The notes: generated by a model not told the origin, from the letters alone. A stretch of DNA of 64,000 nucleotides from Kiloniellales bacterium (GCA_041617155.1 JBFJPL010000005.1:2564-66563); one strand, 5' to 3'; positions 52,032-62,370 are shown, counted from the first letter of the stretch. Numbers and translations are program-made.

Positions 52032-53230
52032 GACGCGACCCCGGCGGTTGCGCGTGCCGCGCCGCCTTCCGGCCGCGGCAGGAAGCGGTCGATGCCGAAC
52101 GGTCGGGCCGCCTCCAAGGTCTCGCCGGTCAGGACGTAATGGCTGACCAGTTTGGCGGTCGCGGGGGCCAAGAGGATGCCGTTGCGGTGGTGCCCCGTCG
52201 CCAGCACCAGGCCCTCGACCCCGGCGCTCCGCGGCGCCGGCCCCAGGATCGGCGCGTCGTCGCGGCTGGTTGGCCGGAAACCGACCCAGAACTCCTCGAT
52301 CGGCAGCTCCTCGATGCCGGGCACGGCCCGCCAGGCCGCCTCCAGCACCGCATAGACGCCGCCGGCCGTCAGCCGGTCGTCGAAGCCCTTTTCCTCGACC
52401 GTGCCGCCGACGATCAGGCGGCCGTCGAGGCGCGGCACCATGTAGATCTTCGGCGCCCACAGTACGTGCCGCAGCAGGGGCTCGGCCGGGTCCATCCTGA
52501 GCGCCAGCATCTGGCCCTTGACCGGGCGCACCGGCGGTCGGGCGGCTTCGGGCAGCCCGTCGATCTCGCGCGACCAGGCGCCGGCGGCAAGCACCACCAC
52601 ATCGGCCGGGCGAAAGGCGTCGCCAATGCGCAAACCCCGCACCCGGCCGCCCTCGGCCTCGACGGCAGCGACCTCGGTGTCCTCGTGTAGCCGGCCACCG
52701 GCCGCCAGAAACGCGCGCTTCAAGGCCTCGCCCAGCTTGCGGTTGTCGACCTGGTGGTCGTGCGGCGAGAAGACCGCCGCGGCGGTGCCCGGCCGCAGGA
52801 ACGGTTCGCGCCGCCGCGCCTCGGCGCCGCTCAGCCATTCGAGCTCGATGCCCAGACCGGTCTGAAACTCGTAGCCGAAGCGCAATTGCCCTACATCGTC
52901 GCGGGTCAGCGCGGCAACCAGGGTGCCATCGGCGCGGTAGTCGACCGCCATGCCGGCGGCCGCTTCGAGCTCCCGCGTGAAGTCGGGCCAGAGCGCTTGG
53001 CTCCACTGGTTCAGCGCGAGCAGACGCTGCTCGCCGGGCTCGGTCTCGACGCCACCCGCCAGCATACCGGCGGCCGCCCAGGTTGCGCCGTGCCCCGCCT
53101 TGCCCCGGTCGTAGACCTCGACCGGGCAGCCGGCCGCCGCCAGGCGCCAGCCGATCCCCAGGCCGCACACGCCCGCGCCGACAATGGCGACGCGCGGCAG
53201 CTTGGCAGTCGATGATGAAAGTGGACCCAT
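52028..53230 (-). CDS. thiO: Glycine oxidase ThiO
   Basis: 400 aa with an FAD Rossmann motif VAIVGAGVCGLG. It is the first gene after the TPP riboswitch. Confidence 0.85.
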
Positions 53231-53237
53231 AACAGCA

Positions 53238-53322
53238 GGGCTCCCTTCGCTGGCATAATCCAGATCAGGTTCGATGGGTTTGCTCTCAGCCGGCCTTCTG
53301 GCCCGGCACCCCAGCCATAACG
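53238..53322 (-). promoter_or_regulatory. TPP (THI-box) riboswitch
   Basis: The minus strand reads ggggtgccgggccagaaggccggctgagagcaaacccatcgaacctgatctggattatgccagcgaagggag. This has the canonical GGGGUGC...CUGAGA...ACCUGAUCUGGAUAAUGCCAGCG core, directly upstream of thiO. Confidence 0.85.
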
Positions 53323-53597
53323 AACGTCATCTATCATATAATGACGACCCGGCCCAAGGCCAGCACTGTGGCGCCCTGGCAAACCACCGGCTCGACGGCG
53401 AATGTAATGTGAAGCTACGGCGGGTAGTATCTCCGTCTGAAATCGAGAGACGGCAAGCGACCTGTTGCAGCTTCTCATGATCGCTGGCACGAATGTCGGC
53501 ACTCGGATAGCAAACCAGTCGTCCGACTGCGGCCACCGGTCAGGCTGGTGATAGTCAAGAACGGACGCACGAATAGTCAAGGAGCTGCATGACAAAA

Positions 53598-56500
53598 TCA
53601 TGCCAGCTCGTCGAGCAGCGCCTTGGCTTCCTTGAGGTCCGGGGTGCCGAAGCCCTCGGTGAACCAGCCGTAGACTGGCGCAAGAAGATCGTGAGCGTCA
53701 TGGCGTTTGCCCTGCTCGGCCCAGTGCCGTGCAAGGCTGGTCGCGGCGCGCAGTTCCCAGGATTTGGCGTCTTGCGCCCGCGCGACTTGGATCGCTCTCT
53801 GCAAACTTACCGCTGCGGAATCGGCATCGCCCGATTGCAGTAGGGCTTGTGCGCGGAGCTGATGAATCCTCGATTCCCACCACCGCTCGCCGGTCTGCTC
53901 CCCGATATCTAGAGCTTGGGCCAGCGTTTCGAGCGCTTCAGCACGCCGCTGCGAGTGCAAGAGACTCTCGGCGAAAAGACATGTGAAGGGTTGAAGCCAC
54001 GTACGCGCTCCAATCCGGTTCCAGTTCTCAAGCCCGGTACGAATTCGCTCAAGCCCATCCTCCGCCTGCCCCGTCAGCGCAAGCGCCCAGCCGCTAATGA
54101 TCAGGGCGCTCGCCTCGGTCTGCACCAATTTTTGCTCCTCGCTTAGCTGCAGCAGTTTCTCGGCTGTCGACAGCGCCGCAGCCTTGTCGCCGCGCGCCGC
54201 ATGGGCCGCGCCAAGGAACCAAAGCGCGAAGGCAAGCGTGGGCGCGTGACCGAGGCGCCGTGCGATTTGCAGGGCGTCCGTGTCATGTCGGTGCGCCCGG
54301 TCAGGGAAACCGAGTGCCCAGACGACGCCGGCGCCGAGAGCGTGGGCGCAGACCGCCGGGTCATGCCCTAAGTACACAAACGCGTGGTGCTTGTGCTGTT
54401 CATAGTCATAAAGAGCCAAACCCTTCTCGATGTGTTCGTTCGACCTCACGAACGCACCCCGGTACATCGGAATTGGCCACGCGGCATGGTGGGACTGTAA
54501 CAGCAAGTCGCGGTTAGAAGTGGTCTTAGCCACCTGAAACAGCTCTTGGGTAACCTGGTCGGCCAGATCAAACCGGCCACGAGTTGCATGAAACAGCCAC
54601 ATTCCCACGAGCGGCGGCACTAAATCGGCGGACCTTTCGAGCAGACCTGCCAGCGTTCTCGCCCGTTCGTATGCTGTCCCTACCTCTGTCGCCGCCCATC
54701 CTTTGACCAGCATCAGGGCAGGCCCAAGGTGAGTTAGCACCCTAAGCTCGTTCGTGTTGCGTTCGCGGCCTTCGGGCTGAATGTGAATCAGGTCGAGTGC
54801 CTTCTGAAAGTGCTGAATGGCCTCGATATTGGCGGCCCGTCGCACCGCCTCCTGACCGGCGAGTTGCCGATACTTGATCGCCGGCTCTATCAAGCGGGCT
54901 TCGGTGTAGTGATGGGCGAGCAGTTCGGGCGCCGCCCCTGCCTCGAAAGAAATCGCTTCGAGCGCCTCTGCTACTCGGGCATGCAATTGCTGGCGTTTGG
55001 ATTTAAGGAGCGAATGGTAGGCGGTGTCCTGGACCAGAGCGTGCTTGAAGATATACGAGCTTCCGGAACGCTTGCGGCGGCGGTAGACCAACTCCGACTC
55101 GACCAGCCGGTCGAGCGCAGCGTCTAGCTCCGGCTTGGCGCGGTCGGCCACGGCAGCCAGTAGCTCGTGCGAGAACTCGCGCCCGATGACCGCGCCAATC
55201 TGGGCTGCCTCCTTGACCGGACCGAGGCGATCGAGCCGCGCCATGAGAGAGTCGTGCAGGGTTGAAGGGATCGCCAACGGCGGCAACGGACCGGCCAGTT
55301 CGTAATGGTCGCCGGCATCGGTGAGTAGGCCCAATTCGAGTGTCGTCTTGGTCAGCTCCTCGACGAACAGCGGCACACCGTCGGTCTTGGCCAGGATCTG
55401 ATCGAGCACTTCCGCGGGCAGCGGCTTGCCGCTCGTGAGGCGCTGCACCACGGCCGCGCCCTGCCGCCAGCTCAGCCGGTTGAGCGAAAGCTGAGTGACA
55501 CAGGCATGGCCAATCCAAGGTGGTTGAAAGTCTGGTCGGAAGGTCAGGATCAGCAGCACCGGCAGGCGCACTAGGCACTCGACAACCAATGCCAAAAACT
55601 CCTGTGTGCTAGGGTCAATCCAGTGCACGTCCTCGAATATCATCAGGACCGGTTCGTGCGCCGCCAATCCCTCGAGCTGCTCGACCAGCGCTTCGAGCGT
55701 ACGTTGTTTCTGCCGCTGCGGCGTCATCTTGAGCGCCGGGAAGCGTTCAGCGGTCGAGATACCCAGGGCCTGGGCAAGCAAAAGCGTGGCTTCGCCCACC
55801 TCTGCGGTACCCTGGCCGAGCACAGCTTCTAGAAGCTCGAACTTGACCTCGACGGTGTCGTCATGGCCAAAGCCTGCGGCTCTCTGGAGCTGGTCGAGTA
55901 TTGGGTAAAGTGCCGTGTTGACGTGAAACGGCGAACAGAAGTAGCGCAGGTTGACGTACGAATCATCGGCGAGCTGCGCTCTCAAGCTCTCGACGATGCG
56001 CGATTTGCCGATTCCGGGCTCGCCAGAGAGCAACACGACCTGTCCCTCTCCGTCGCGCGCCTGGCGCCAGCGCGAGAGCAGGAAACGCAACTCTTCGTCG
56101 CGGCCGATCAGAGGTGTCAACTCTGCCCCGTGGCGCGCCTCGAAGCGGCCCTCCATACGACTCTCGCCGGTAACCCGCCAGGCTTGGATCGGTTCAGCAA
56201 ACCCCTTGAGTTCGCGTGCACCTAGATCGGCCAGATCGAACAACTCACCGAGTAGATGACGCGTGCCCGGCCCAATCACCACACTGTTGGGTTCGGCCAA
56301 GGTCTGAAGGCGCGCAGCCAAGCTCGGCGTCTCGCCGACCACCGCCTCTTCTTGTGCCCCACCTTCGCCGACTATGTCGCCGACGATCACTTGACCGGTC
56401 GCGATACCAACCCGCGCCGCCAAATGCTTGCCCGTTGGCGTCATCAACTTTGCGACCGCCTCGGCAAGCTCCAGTCCCGCTCGCACCGCGCGTTCGGCAT

Positions 56501-56948
56501 CGTCCTCATGTGCCTGGGGATAGCCGAAGTAGGCGAGCACGCCATCGCCCATGTAGTTGGCGACATGGCCCTCGAAGCGGGTGATTATGCCGGCGCAGGC
56601 GCTCTGGTAGGCACGAATCACCTCGCGCATGTCCTCCGGATCGAGCTGCCCCGACAGCGCGGTCGACCCAACCAGATCGCAGAACATGATCGTGAGTTGG
56701 CGCCGCTCAGCTTCCGCCTTGTCAGGGTGGCCATCGGAGACAGTGCTTTCCACTGCAGGTGGCGCCTGATCGTCGAGGTCGGCAATCGCTGCCAGCAAGA
56801 CTCGGCGGTGCCCTAGTGAAATGCCTAAGTCTCTGAGGTCTTGATCGGTCAAGTGAGGGAGGGCCCGCAGATCAACGTCGTTCTCGGTGAAAACGTTCGC
56901 ATACTGGCCAAGACCCAGATGTTCGAGCCATCGTATTACTTCACGCAT
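53598..56948 (-). CDS. SAM domain / class III nucleotidyl cyclase / STAND-type ATPase / TPR-like repeat protein
   Basis: 1116 aa. It has an N-terminal SAM-like segment (LEHLGLGQYANVF...LTDQDLRDLGI), a cyclase core (LTIMFCDLVGSTAL...YMGDGVLAYFG), a P-loop (LSGEPGIGKSRIV), and long helical repeats. Confidence 0.85.
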   Translation of the reverse strand: MREVIRWLEHLGLGQYANVFTENDVDLRALPHLTDQDLRDLGISLGHRRVLLAAIADLDDQAPPAVESTVSDGHPDKAEAERRQLTIMFCDLVGSTALSGQLDPEDMREVIRAYQSACAGIITRFEGHVANYMGDGVLAYFGYPQAHEDDAERAVRAGLELAEAVAKLMTPTGKHLAARVGIATGQVIVGDIVGEGGAQEEAVVGETPSLAARLQTLAEPNSVVIGPGTRHLLGELFDLADLGARELKGFAEPIQAWRVTGESRMEGRFEARHGAELTPLIGRDEELRFLLSRWRQARDGEGQVVLLSGEPGIGKSRIVESLRAQLADDSYVNLRYFCSPFHVNTALYPILDQLQRAAGFGHDDTVEVKFELLEAVLGQGTAEVGEATLLLAQALGISTAERFPALKMTPQRQKQRTLEALVEQLEGLAAHEPVLMIFEDVHWIDPSTQEFLALVVECLVRLPVLLILTFRPDFQPPWIGHACVTQLSLNRLSWRQGAAVVQRLTSGKPLPAEVLDQILAKTDGVPLFVEELTKTTLELGLLTDAGDHYELAGPLPPLAIPSTLHDSLMARLDRLGPVKEAAQIGAVIGREFSHELLAAVADRAKPELDAALDRLVESELVYRRRKRSGSSYIFKHALVQDTAYHSLLKSKRQQLHARVAEALEAISFEAGAAPELLAHHYTEARLIEPAIKYRQLAGQEAVRRAANIEAIQHFQKALDLIHIQPEGRERNTNELRVLTHLGPALMLVKGWAATEVGTAYERARTLAGLLERSADLVPPLVGMWLFHATRGRFDLADQVTQELFQVAKTTSNRDLLLQSHHAAWPIPMYRGAFVRSNEHIEKGLALYDYEQHKHHAFVYLGHDPAVCAHALGAGVVWALGFPDRAHRHDTDALQIARRLGHAPTLAFALWFLGAAHAARGDKAAALSTAEKLLQLSEEQKLVQTEASALIISGWALALTGQAEDGLERIRTGLENWNRIGARTWLQPFTCLFAESLLHSQRRAEALETLAQALDIGEQTGERWWESRIHQLRAQALLQSGDADSAAVSLQRAIQVARAQDAKSWELRAATSLARHWAEQGKRHDAHDLLAPVYGWFTEGFGTPDLKEAKALLDELA

Positions 56949-57233
56949 GGCGGCATCCCGGATATCAGGACGAAATACTAGCTAGTCGGGACAGAGCAAC
57001 ATAGCGCGAATACAATCCTCAGCGTTCAAAAAACTGGCGCTGCCTATCCGCCAATCGCCTCATGGGGCAACCAATATCCGCGTTGTGTAACAACCGCCCG
57101 TAGGAGGCGGGCTGCGCGAACCGCCGATTGTTGATCTGCAAACGAGCTTCGCCAGAGCCCAAGGGGAACGCCTGCTTTTACCGCGCTTGGAGGCTCGGAT
57201 TCACTCTGAGACAATGCCCAACGGCGCAAAGGC

Positions 57234-57262
57234 TTAACGCCGCGCCGAAAGCATCCTATAAT
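57234..57262 (+). promoter_or_regulatory. Candidate sigma70-type promoter (TTAACG-17-TATAAT)
   Basis: ttaacg lies at 57234-57239, a 17-nt spacer follows, and a perfect tataat lies at 57257-57262. It sits about 100 nt upstream of the CBS gene ATG. Called on sequence pattern only. Confidence 0.35.
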
Positions 57263-57365
57263 GCCAGTGGCATTGGCAGCAGCCGGTGAAATCGCCGGGC
57301 GAGCCGGACAAGAGGCGATAGTTGCGCCACGGACCGGTCCCGGCGTCCTGAGAGGAGGAAGGCGC

Positions 57366-57800
57366 ATGAAGGTTCGAGACATGATCGCCGCGAAAGGCGA
57401 CAAGGTGGCGATCGCCCAGCCGGACGCGACGGTCGATACCGTGCTCCACCGGCTCAAGCTCGAGGGCATCGGCGCCCTGGTGGTGAGCAAGGACGGCGAG
57501 ACGGTGAGCGGTATCATCTCCGAGCGCGACATCGTGCGCGGCCTGCCCGACCACGGTGCCGCCCTTCTCGAAATGCCGGTCTCGAAGATCATGACCAAAG
57601 AGGTTAAGACCTGCGCGCCCGAGGCCAACGTTCAGGAAATCATGTCCGAGATGACACGCAGCCGGTTCCGCCACATGCCGGTGGTCAAGGACGGCAAGCT
57701 GTGCGGCATCATCTCGATCGGCGATGTGGTCAAGAATCGCCTGGAGGAGCTCGAGGCCGAGACCCACGTCCTGCGCGACTACATCGTCGGACGCAGCTAG
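57366..57800 (+). CDS. CBS-pair domain protein
   Basis: The start is trimmed to ATG 57366, preceded by GAGGAGGA. Two CBS motifs are present (GALVVSKDGETVSGIISERD, HMPVVKDGKLCGIISIGD). Confidence 0.8.
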   Translation: MKVRDMIAAKGDKVAIAQPDATVDTVLHRLKLEGIGALVVSKDGETVSGIISERDIVRGLPDHGAALLEMPVSKIMTKEVKTCAPEANVQEIMSEMTRSRFRHMPVVKDGKLCGIISIGDVVKNRLEELEAETHVLRDYIVGRS

Positions 57801-57815
57801 CCCATATCGCCCGGG

Positions 57816-58487
57816 TCAATCGACTGAATTCGCCAGGATCATGCTGAGCTGGCTGAGCGGCCGGCCAGTCTGCGCCGCCCACCGGTTGAAAGCCGCCTGT
57901 GCCTGGCGCCGGCCGCCCTTGCCCTTGGGCGCCTGCTCCAGCGCGCCCCAGTGGACCAGCGCGCGGCACACGAAGTCGCTCAACACGAAGGTGTCCTTGC
58001 CCACCATGCGCAGGAACATCGGCCCGGAGTTGCCGCCCAGCTGCGTGAAGCGCTTGGCCAGATCGTCCCACAGCTCGACGATCCTTTCGCCCGGCCAGTC
58101 GGCCAGATAGGCGCCGAAGCTGCCCTTCTCCTCGGCCAAGGCGCAGATTGCCGCGGCGTTGTGGCGCACCGATAGCATCTTGCGGGCATGGCGGATCAAC
58201 CGCTTGTCGCCCAGCAGCCGCTCTATGTCCTCGTCGCTCATGGCGCGCACCCGGCGCGGCTCGAAGCCCAGGAAGACCTCTTCGAAGGCCGGCCATTTGG
58301 CGTCGACCATGGAATGCTTCAGGCCGGCGCGAAACACCCGCTGCGACATCCGTGACAGATAGCTGTCGTCGCCGACGGCGCGGAGTTCGGCGGCGGACTT
58401 CGGCACCGGCAGGCGTTTCACCAGGGCATCCGCCCCACCGGCGCGGCCCTGGGCGCTTTCGAGTATTACTTGAAATGCTTTCATCAT
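57816..58487 (-). CDS. Tag-family (3-methyladenine glycosylase I-like) protein lacking the zinc-snap motifs
   Basis: The start is trimmed to ATG 58487. The central region parallels E. coli Tag by eye (FxxFDPxxVAAMxEEDVERL...IIRHRxK). The CGW and terminal His/Cys motifs are absent. Confidence 0.65.
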   Translation of the reverse strand: MMKAFQVILESAQGRAGGADALVKRLPVPKSAAELRAVGDDSYLSRMSQRVFRAGLKHSMVDAKWPAFEEVFLGFEPRRVRAMSDEDIERLLGDKRLIRHARKMLSVRHNAAAICALAEEKGSFGAYLADWPGERIVELWDDLAKRFTQLGGNSGPMFLRMVGKDTFVLSDFVCRALVHWGALEQAPKGKGGRRQAQAAFNRWAAQTGRPLSQLSMILANSVD

Positions 58488-58636
58488 TGGCCTCGGCTGC
58501 TTCCAATGGAGCAATCAGAATACAGGCTACGGCGATGACTGGTGCAACCATATCCGAATTGCTTTGCCGACCGCCTTCCTGCCACACTGGTGACCGACAA
58601 GAAGAAGAAACGCGCTTCGGGCTGGGGAACAGGGCG

Positions 58637-60649
58637 ATGGACGGGAAGGCCGCCGCGAGCGGCGGGTTCAAGGTCATCGAAAACCAATGGATCGCCATGA
58701 GCGACGGCTGCCGGCTGGCCGCCCGTATCTGGCTGCCGGACGCCGCCGAAAGCACGCCGGTGCCCGCGATCTTCGAGTACCTGCCCTACCGCAAGCGCGA
58801 CGGCACGGCCCTGCGCGACGAGATCACCTATCCTTTCTTCGCCCGCCACGGCTATGCCGGGGTGCGGGTCGACATTCGCGGCAACGGCGAGTCCGACGGC
58901 CTCATGGCGGACGAGTACACCGCCCAGGAGCACGCCGACGGGGTCGAGGTCATCGCGTGGATCGCGCGCCAGCCCTGGTGCACCGGCGCGGTCGGCATGA
59001 TCGGCCACTCCTGGGGCGGCTTCAACGGCCTGCAGATCGCCGCCCTCGCCCCCGAACCCCTGAAGGCGATCATCACCTCCTGCTCGACCGACGACCGCTA
59101 TGCCGACGACATCCATTTCATGGGCGGCTGTCTGAACAACGACAACACGACCTGGTCGCAGCAGATGCTGGCCTATTCCTCACGCCCGCCCGATCCGGCG
59201 CTCGCCGGCGATGGTTGGACCGAGGCATGGCTAGCGCGCCTGAGGGCGATGCCGCTGTTGGCGGCCAACTGGCTCAGCCATCAACGGCGCGACGCCTTCT
59301 GGAAGCACGGCTCGGTCTGCGAGGACTACGGCGCGATCAAGGCCGCAGTGCTGGCGGTCGGCGGCTGGTACGACTGCTACACCAACACGGTTCCCCGGCT
59401 GCTGGCCGGGCTCGAGGCGCCCGCCAAGGGCATCATCGGCCCGTGGGAGCATCGCTACCCGCACATGGCCAAGGTCACTCCGAACATCGATTTCCTGACC
59501 GAGGCCGTGCGTTGGTGGGACCATTGGCTGAAGGGCCTCGACAACGGCGTGGCGGACGATCCGGCGCTACGCGCCTTCCTGATCGAAGCGGCCCCGGCGA
59601 GCGAGCGGAACGGGCCGCGCGAAGGGCGCTGGGTCGCGGAGCCGGCCTGGCCCTCGCCCGCCATCGAAATGCGGACTCTGCATCTCGATCCGGACGGCTT
59701 GGCCGACGCGCCGGGCAGCGACGCGGCGATCGAGATCGCCACGCCGCTGCAGCTGGGCCTGAACTGCGGCAACTTCTGCCCGGGTATGCGCATCGACGAC
59801 GAGCTGCCGGGCGACCAGCGCCCGGACGACGCGCTGTCAGTCGTGTTCGACAGCGCGCCGCTGGACCAACCTCTGGCCATCCTCGGCGCGCCGGTGGTGG
59901 AGCTGGCGCTGTCGGCGGACAAGCCGATCGCCTTCGTCTGCGCGCGGCTTTGCGATGTCGCGCCGAACGGCTCCAGCACGCGGGTCTCGCTCAACCCGCT
60001 CAACCTGACCCACCGGGACTCGCACAAATCGCCGGAGCCGCTGGTGCCGGGCGCAAGCTACCGGGTGCGCTTCAAGCTGTGCGATGCGGGCTACATCTTC
60101 CCGGCCGGGCACCGCATCAGGCTGGCGCTCTCGAGCAGCTATTGGCCGATGCTCTGGCCGAGCCCGGAAGCCGCCACTTTGACGCTGCGCACCGGCGCCA
60201 GCAGGCTGAGCTTGCCGGTCCGGCAACTGGATGATGACGCAACGGGGCCCTTGATGGCTCCGGCGCCGGAAAATCCGAGCCCGGCGCGCGAGGTTCTAAG
60301 GCCGGAGACCAATAGCCGCACAGTCAGCACCGAAGCCGACGGCGCGGTCCGGATCGAAATTCTTGACGATCTGGGCGCGACGCGCGATCCGGCCAACGGC
60401 CTGGAGACCGGCAGCACGGCCCGCCACAGCTACCGGATCAAGCCGGACGATCCGCTTTCGGCGGTGACCGAAGGCGCCTGGAGCTTCACCCTGGGCCGGA
60501 ACAATTGGCAGGTGCGCACCGAGACCTGGACGCGCATGACCGCCGACAAGACCCACTTCCATCTGACCGCCAGGCTGGAAGCCTATGAAGGCGGCGAACT
60601 GCTGTTCGAACGGGACTGGCGCGAGTCGATCCCGCGCGACTTGGTTTGA
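58637..60649 (+). CDS. CocE/NonD-family (S15 X-Pro dipeptidyl-peptidase-like) hydrolase
   Basis: The start is trimmed to ATG 58637. It reads EYLPYRKRDG...DIRGNGESDG...GHSWGG. The upstream 163 codons of the track ORF are antisense to the Tag-like gene. Confidence 0.8.
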   Translation: MDGKAAASGGFKVIENQWIAMSDGCRLAARIWLPDAAESTPVPAIFEYLPYRKRDGTALRDEITYPFFARHGYAGVRVDIRGNGESDGLMADEYTAQEHADGVEVIAWIARQPWCTGAVGMIGHSWGGFNGLQIAALAPEPLKAIITSCSTDDRYADDIHFMGGCLNNDNTTWSQQMLAYSSRPPDPALAGDGWTEAWLARLRAMPLLAANWLSHQRRDAFWKHGSVCEDYGAIKAAVLAVGGWYDCYTNTVPRLLAGLEAPAKGIIGPWEHRYPHMAKVTPNIDFLTEAVRWWDHWLKGLDNGVADDPALRAFLIEAAPASERNGPREGRWVAEPAWPSPAIEMRTLHLDPDGLADAPGSDAAIEIATPLQLGLNCGNFCPGMRIDDELPGDQRPDDALSVVFDSAPLDQPLAILGAPVVELALSADKPIAFVCARLCDVAPNGSSTRVSLNPLNLTHRDSHKSPEPLVPGASYRVRFKLCDAGYIFPAGHRIRLALSSSYWPMLWPSPEAATLTLRTGASRLSLPVRQLDDDATGPLMAPAPENPSPAREVLRPETNSRTVSTEADGAVRIEILDDLGATRDPANGLETGSTARHSYRIKPDDPLSAVTEGAWSFTLGRNNWQVRTETWTRMTADKTHFHLTARLEAYEGGELLFERDWRESIPRDLV

Positions 60650-60740
60650 CGCCTTGCCGAACTTGGGGTGCAATGGACGCAAAGCACAAGGCGCTTCGCA
60701 GCGGATATACAAATGCGAAGCCCAACACAGGGAGGAAACG

Positions 60741-62330
60741 ATGTCCGACAGTAAGATCGAATGGCTGAGAATACCGCTGGCGAGGCGCCGCTTTCTGCAG
60801 GGCGCCTCGGCGCTCGGCCTCGGCGCCGCCTTCGCCGGAAGCTTTTCCGGTGCCGGCTGGTCGGCCGGCGGCGGCACGCTGAAAAGCCGCACTTACGCCG
60901 ACATGCGCTCGCTCGACCCCGCCTTCAGCCAGGGCGTGGTCGACGAGGAGATTCAGGCGCCGATCTACAACAAGCTGATCCAGTACAAGCCCGGCCGCGA
61001 GTGGGGCTGGCAGCTCGACGCCGCGGCCAACATCGAGCAGCCCGATCCGACCCACATCAGGTTCGCCCTGCGAGACGACATCGGATTCACCAACGGCTTC
61101 GGCGCCATGACCGCCCAGGACGTCAAGTTCTCGTTCGAGCGCATCATCGACGACAAGCTGGAGTCGACCAACAAGCCCGACTGGGGGCCGCTCGATCGGG
61201 TCGAGGTGACCGGCGAGCGCGAGGGCGTGATCGTGCTGAAGAATCCGTTCCAGCCGCTCTGGTCGATCACCCTGCCCTATATCACCGGCAACATCGTTTC
61301 CAAGAAGGCGTTCGAGTCGGTCGGCGGCCGGATCGCGACCGAACCGGTGGCGAGCTCGGGCCCCTACCTGCACAAATCCTGGCAGCCTAAGCAGAAGACC
61401 ACGCTGGTGCGCAACCCGGACTGGAAGGGCAAGGCCCCGGCCTTCGACGAGATCCAGATCTTCCACATCGACGACGAAAAGACCGCCGAGATCGCCTACG
61501 AAGCCGGCGAGCTCGACTTCACCCGCGTGTCGCTCGGCTCGCTCGAGCGGCTGCGGGCCAAGCCGCCAGCCAACACGACGATCGAGGAGTTTCCTTCGCT
61601 CTACTATGTCTGGGTCGGCATGAACCTGGACAACCCCAAGCTCAAGAACAAGAAGCTGCGCCAAGCGATACAGCACGCGATCGACGTGCCGTCGATCATG
61701 GAAGCGGCCTATTTCGGCGTGGCGGAGCCCTCGACCGGCATCATCGCGCCGGGGCTGCCCGGCCACCGCGACAAGAGCCTGGTGCCGCCGGCCGCCGATT
61801 TCGCCAAGGCCAAGCAGCTGCTGGCCGAGTCCGGCGAGCGCAACGTCAAGCTGGCGCTCGACGTGCTGAACAAGCAGACCAATGTGACCACGGCGCAGAT
61901 CATCCAGGCGACGCTGGCCCAGATCGGCATCGAGCTCGAGGTGCGGTTGCACGAAGGGGCGACCTTCTGGTCCCTGGGCGACGAGAAGACTGGCGAGCGC
62001 TGGAAGGACGTCGAGCTGATCCTCAACCGATTCTCAATGACGCCGGACCCCTACTACGCCACGGCCTGGTTCACGACCGAACAGGTCGGGGTCTGGAACT
62101 GGGAGCGCTTCAGCTCGCCGGAGTTCGACAAGATCCACGCCGACGGTCAGGCCGAGCTCGATGCGGACAAGCGGGCCGCGGGCTACCGGCGGGCGCAGGA
62201 TCTGATGGAAGAATCAGGCGCCTACCGCTTCATCACCCACGAGGCCAGCCCGGTGATGTATCGCGCGACGGTGAAGCCGGCGCTCCGGCCCGACGGCCTG
62301 CCACTGCTGCGCTACTTCCAAACCGCCTGA
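60741..62330 (+). CDS. ABC transporter substrate-binding protein, family 5 (peptide/nickel type), Tat signal
   Basis: ATG 60741 is preceded by GGGAGGAAA. It has an RRRFLQGASALGLGAAFA signal. Its size and position upstream of the two permease genes fit this call. Confidence 0.85.
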   Translation: MSDSKIEWLRIPLARRRFLQGASALGLGAAFAGSFSGAGWSAGGGTLKSRTYADMRSLDPAFSQGVVDEEIQAPIYNKLIQYKPGREWGWQLDAAANIEQPDPTHIRFALRDDIGFTNGFGAMTAQDVKFSFERIIDDKLESTNKPDWGPLDRVEVTGEREGVIVLKNPFQPLWSITLPYITGNIVSKKAFESVGGRIATEPVASSGPYLHKSWQPKQKTTLVRNPDWKGKAPAFDEIQIFHIDDEKTAEIAYEAGELDFTRVSLGSLERLRAKPPANTTIEEFPSLYYVWVGMNLDNPKLKNKKLRQAIQHAIDVPSIMEAAYFGVAEPSTGIIAPGLPGHRDKSLVPPAADFAKAKQLLAESGERNVKLALDVLNKQTNVTTAQIIQATLAQIGIELEVRLHEGATFWSLGDEKTGERWKDVELILNRFSMTPDPYYATAWFTTEQVGVWNWERFSSPEFDKIHADGQAELDADKRAAGYRRAQDLMEESGAYRFITHEASPVMYRATVKPALRPDGLPLLRYFQTA

Positions 62331-62337
62331 CGGCCGC

Positions 62338-62370
62338 ATGGGGCGGCGGGCGACGGCCCTGCCGCCCCAT
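62338..62370 (+). other. Intercistronic stem-loop between the SBP and permease genes
   Basis: atggggcggc (62338-62347) pairs perfectly with gccgccccat (62361-62370) across a 13-nt loop. It could be an mRNA stabiliser or partial terminator, as is common after ABC SBP genes. Confidence 0.4.

Noticed and set aside
60486-61952. 488-aa minus-strand ORF.
   Set aside because: It is antisense to the ABC substrate-binding protein gene. It has no motifs and an Arg/Gly/Leu-rich shadow composition.
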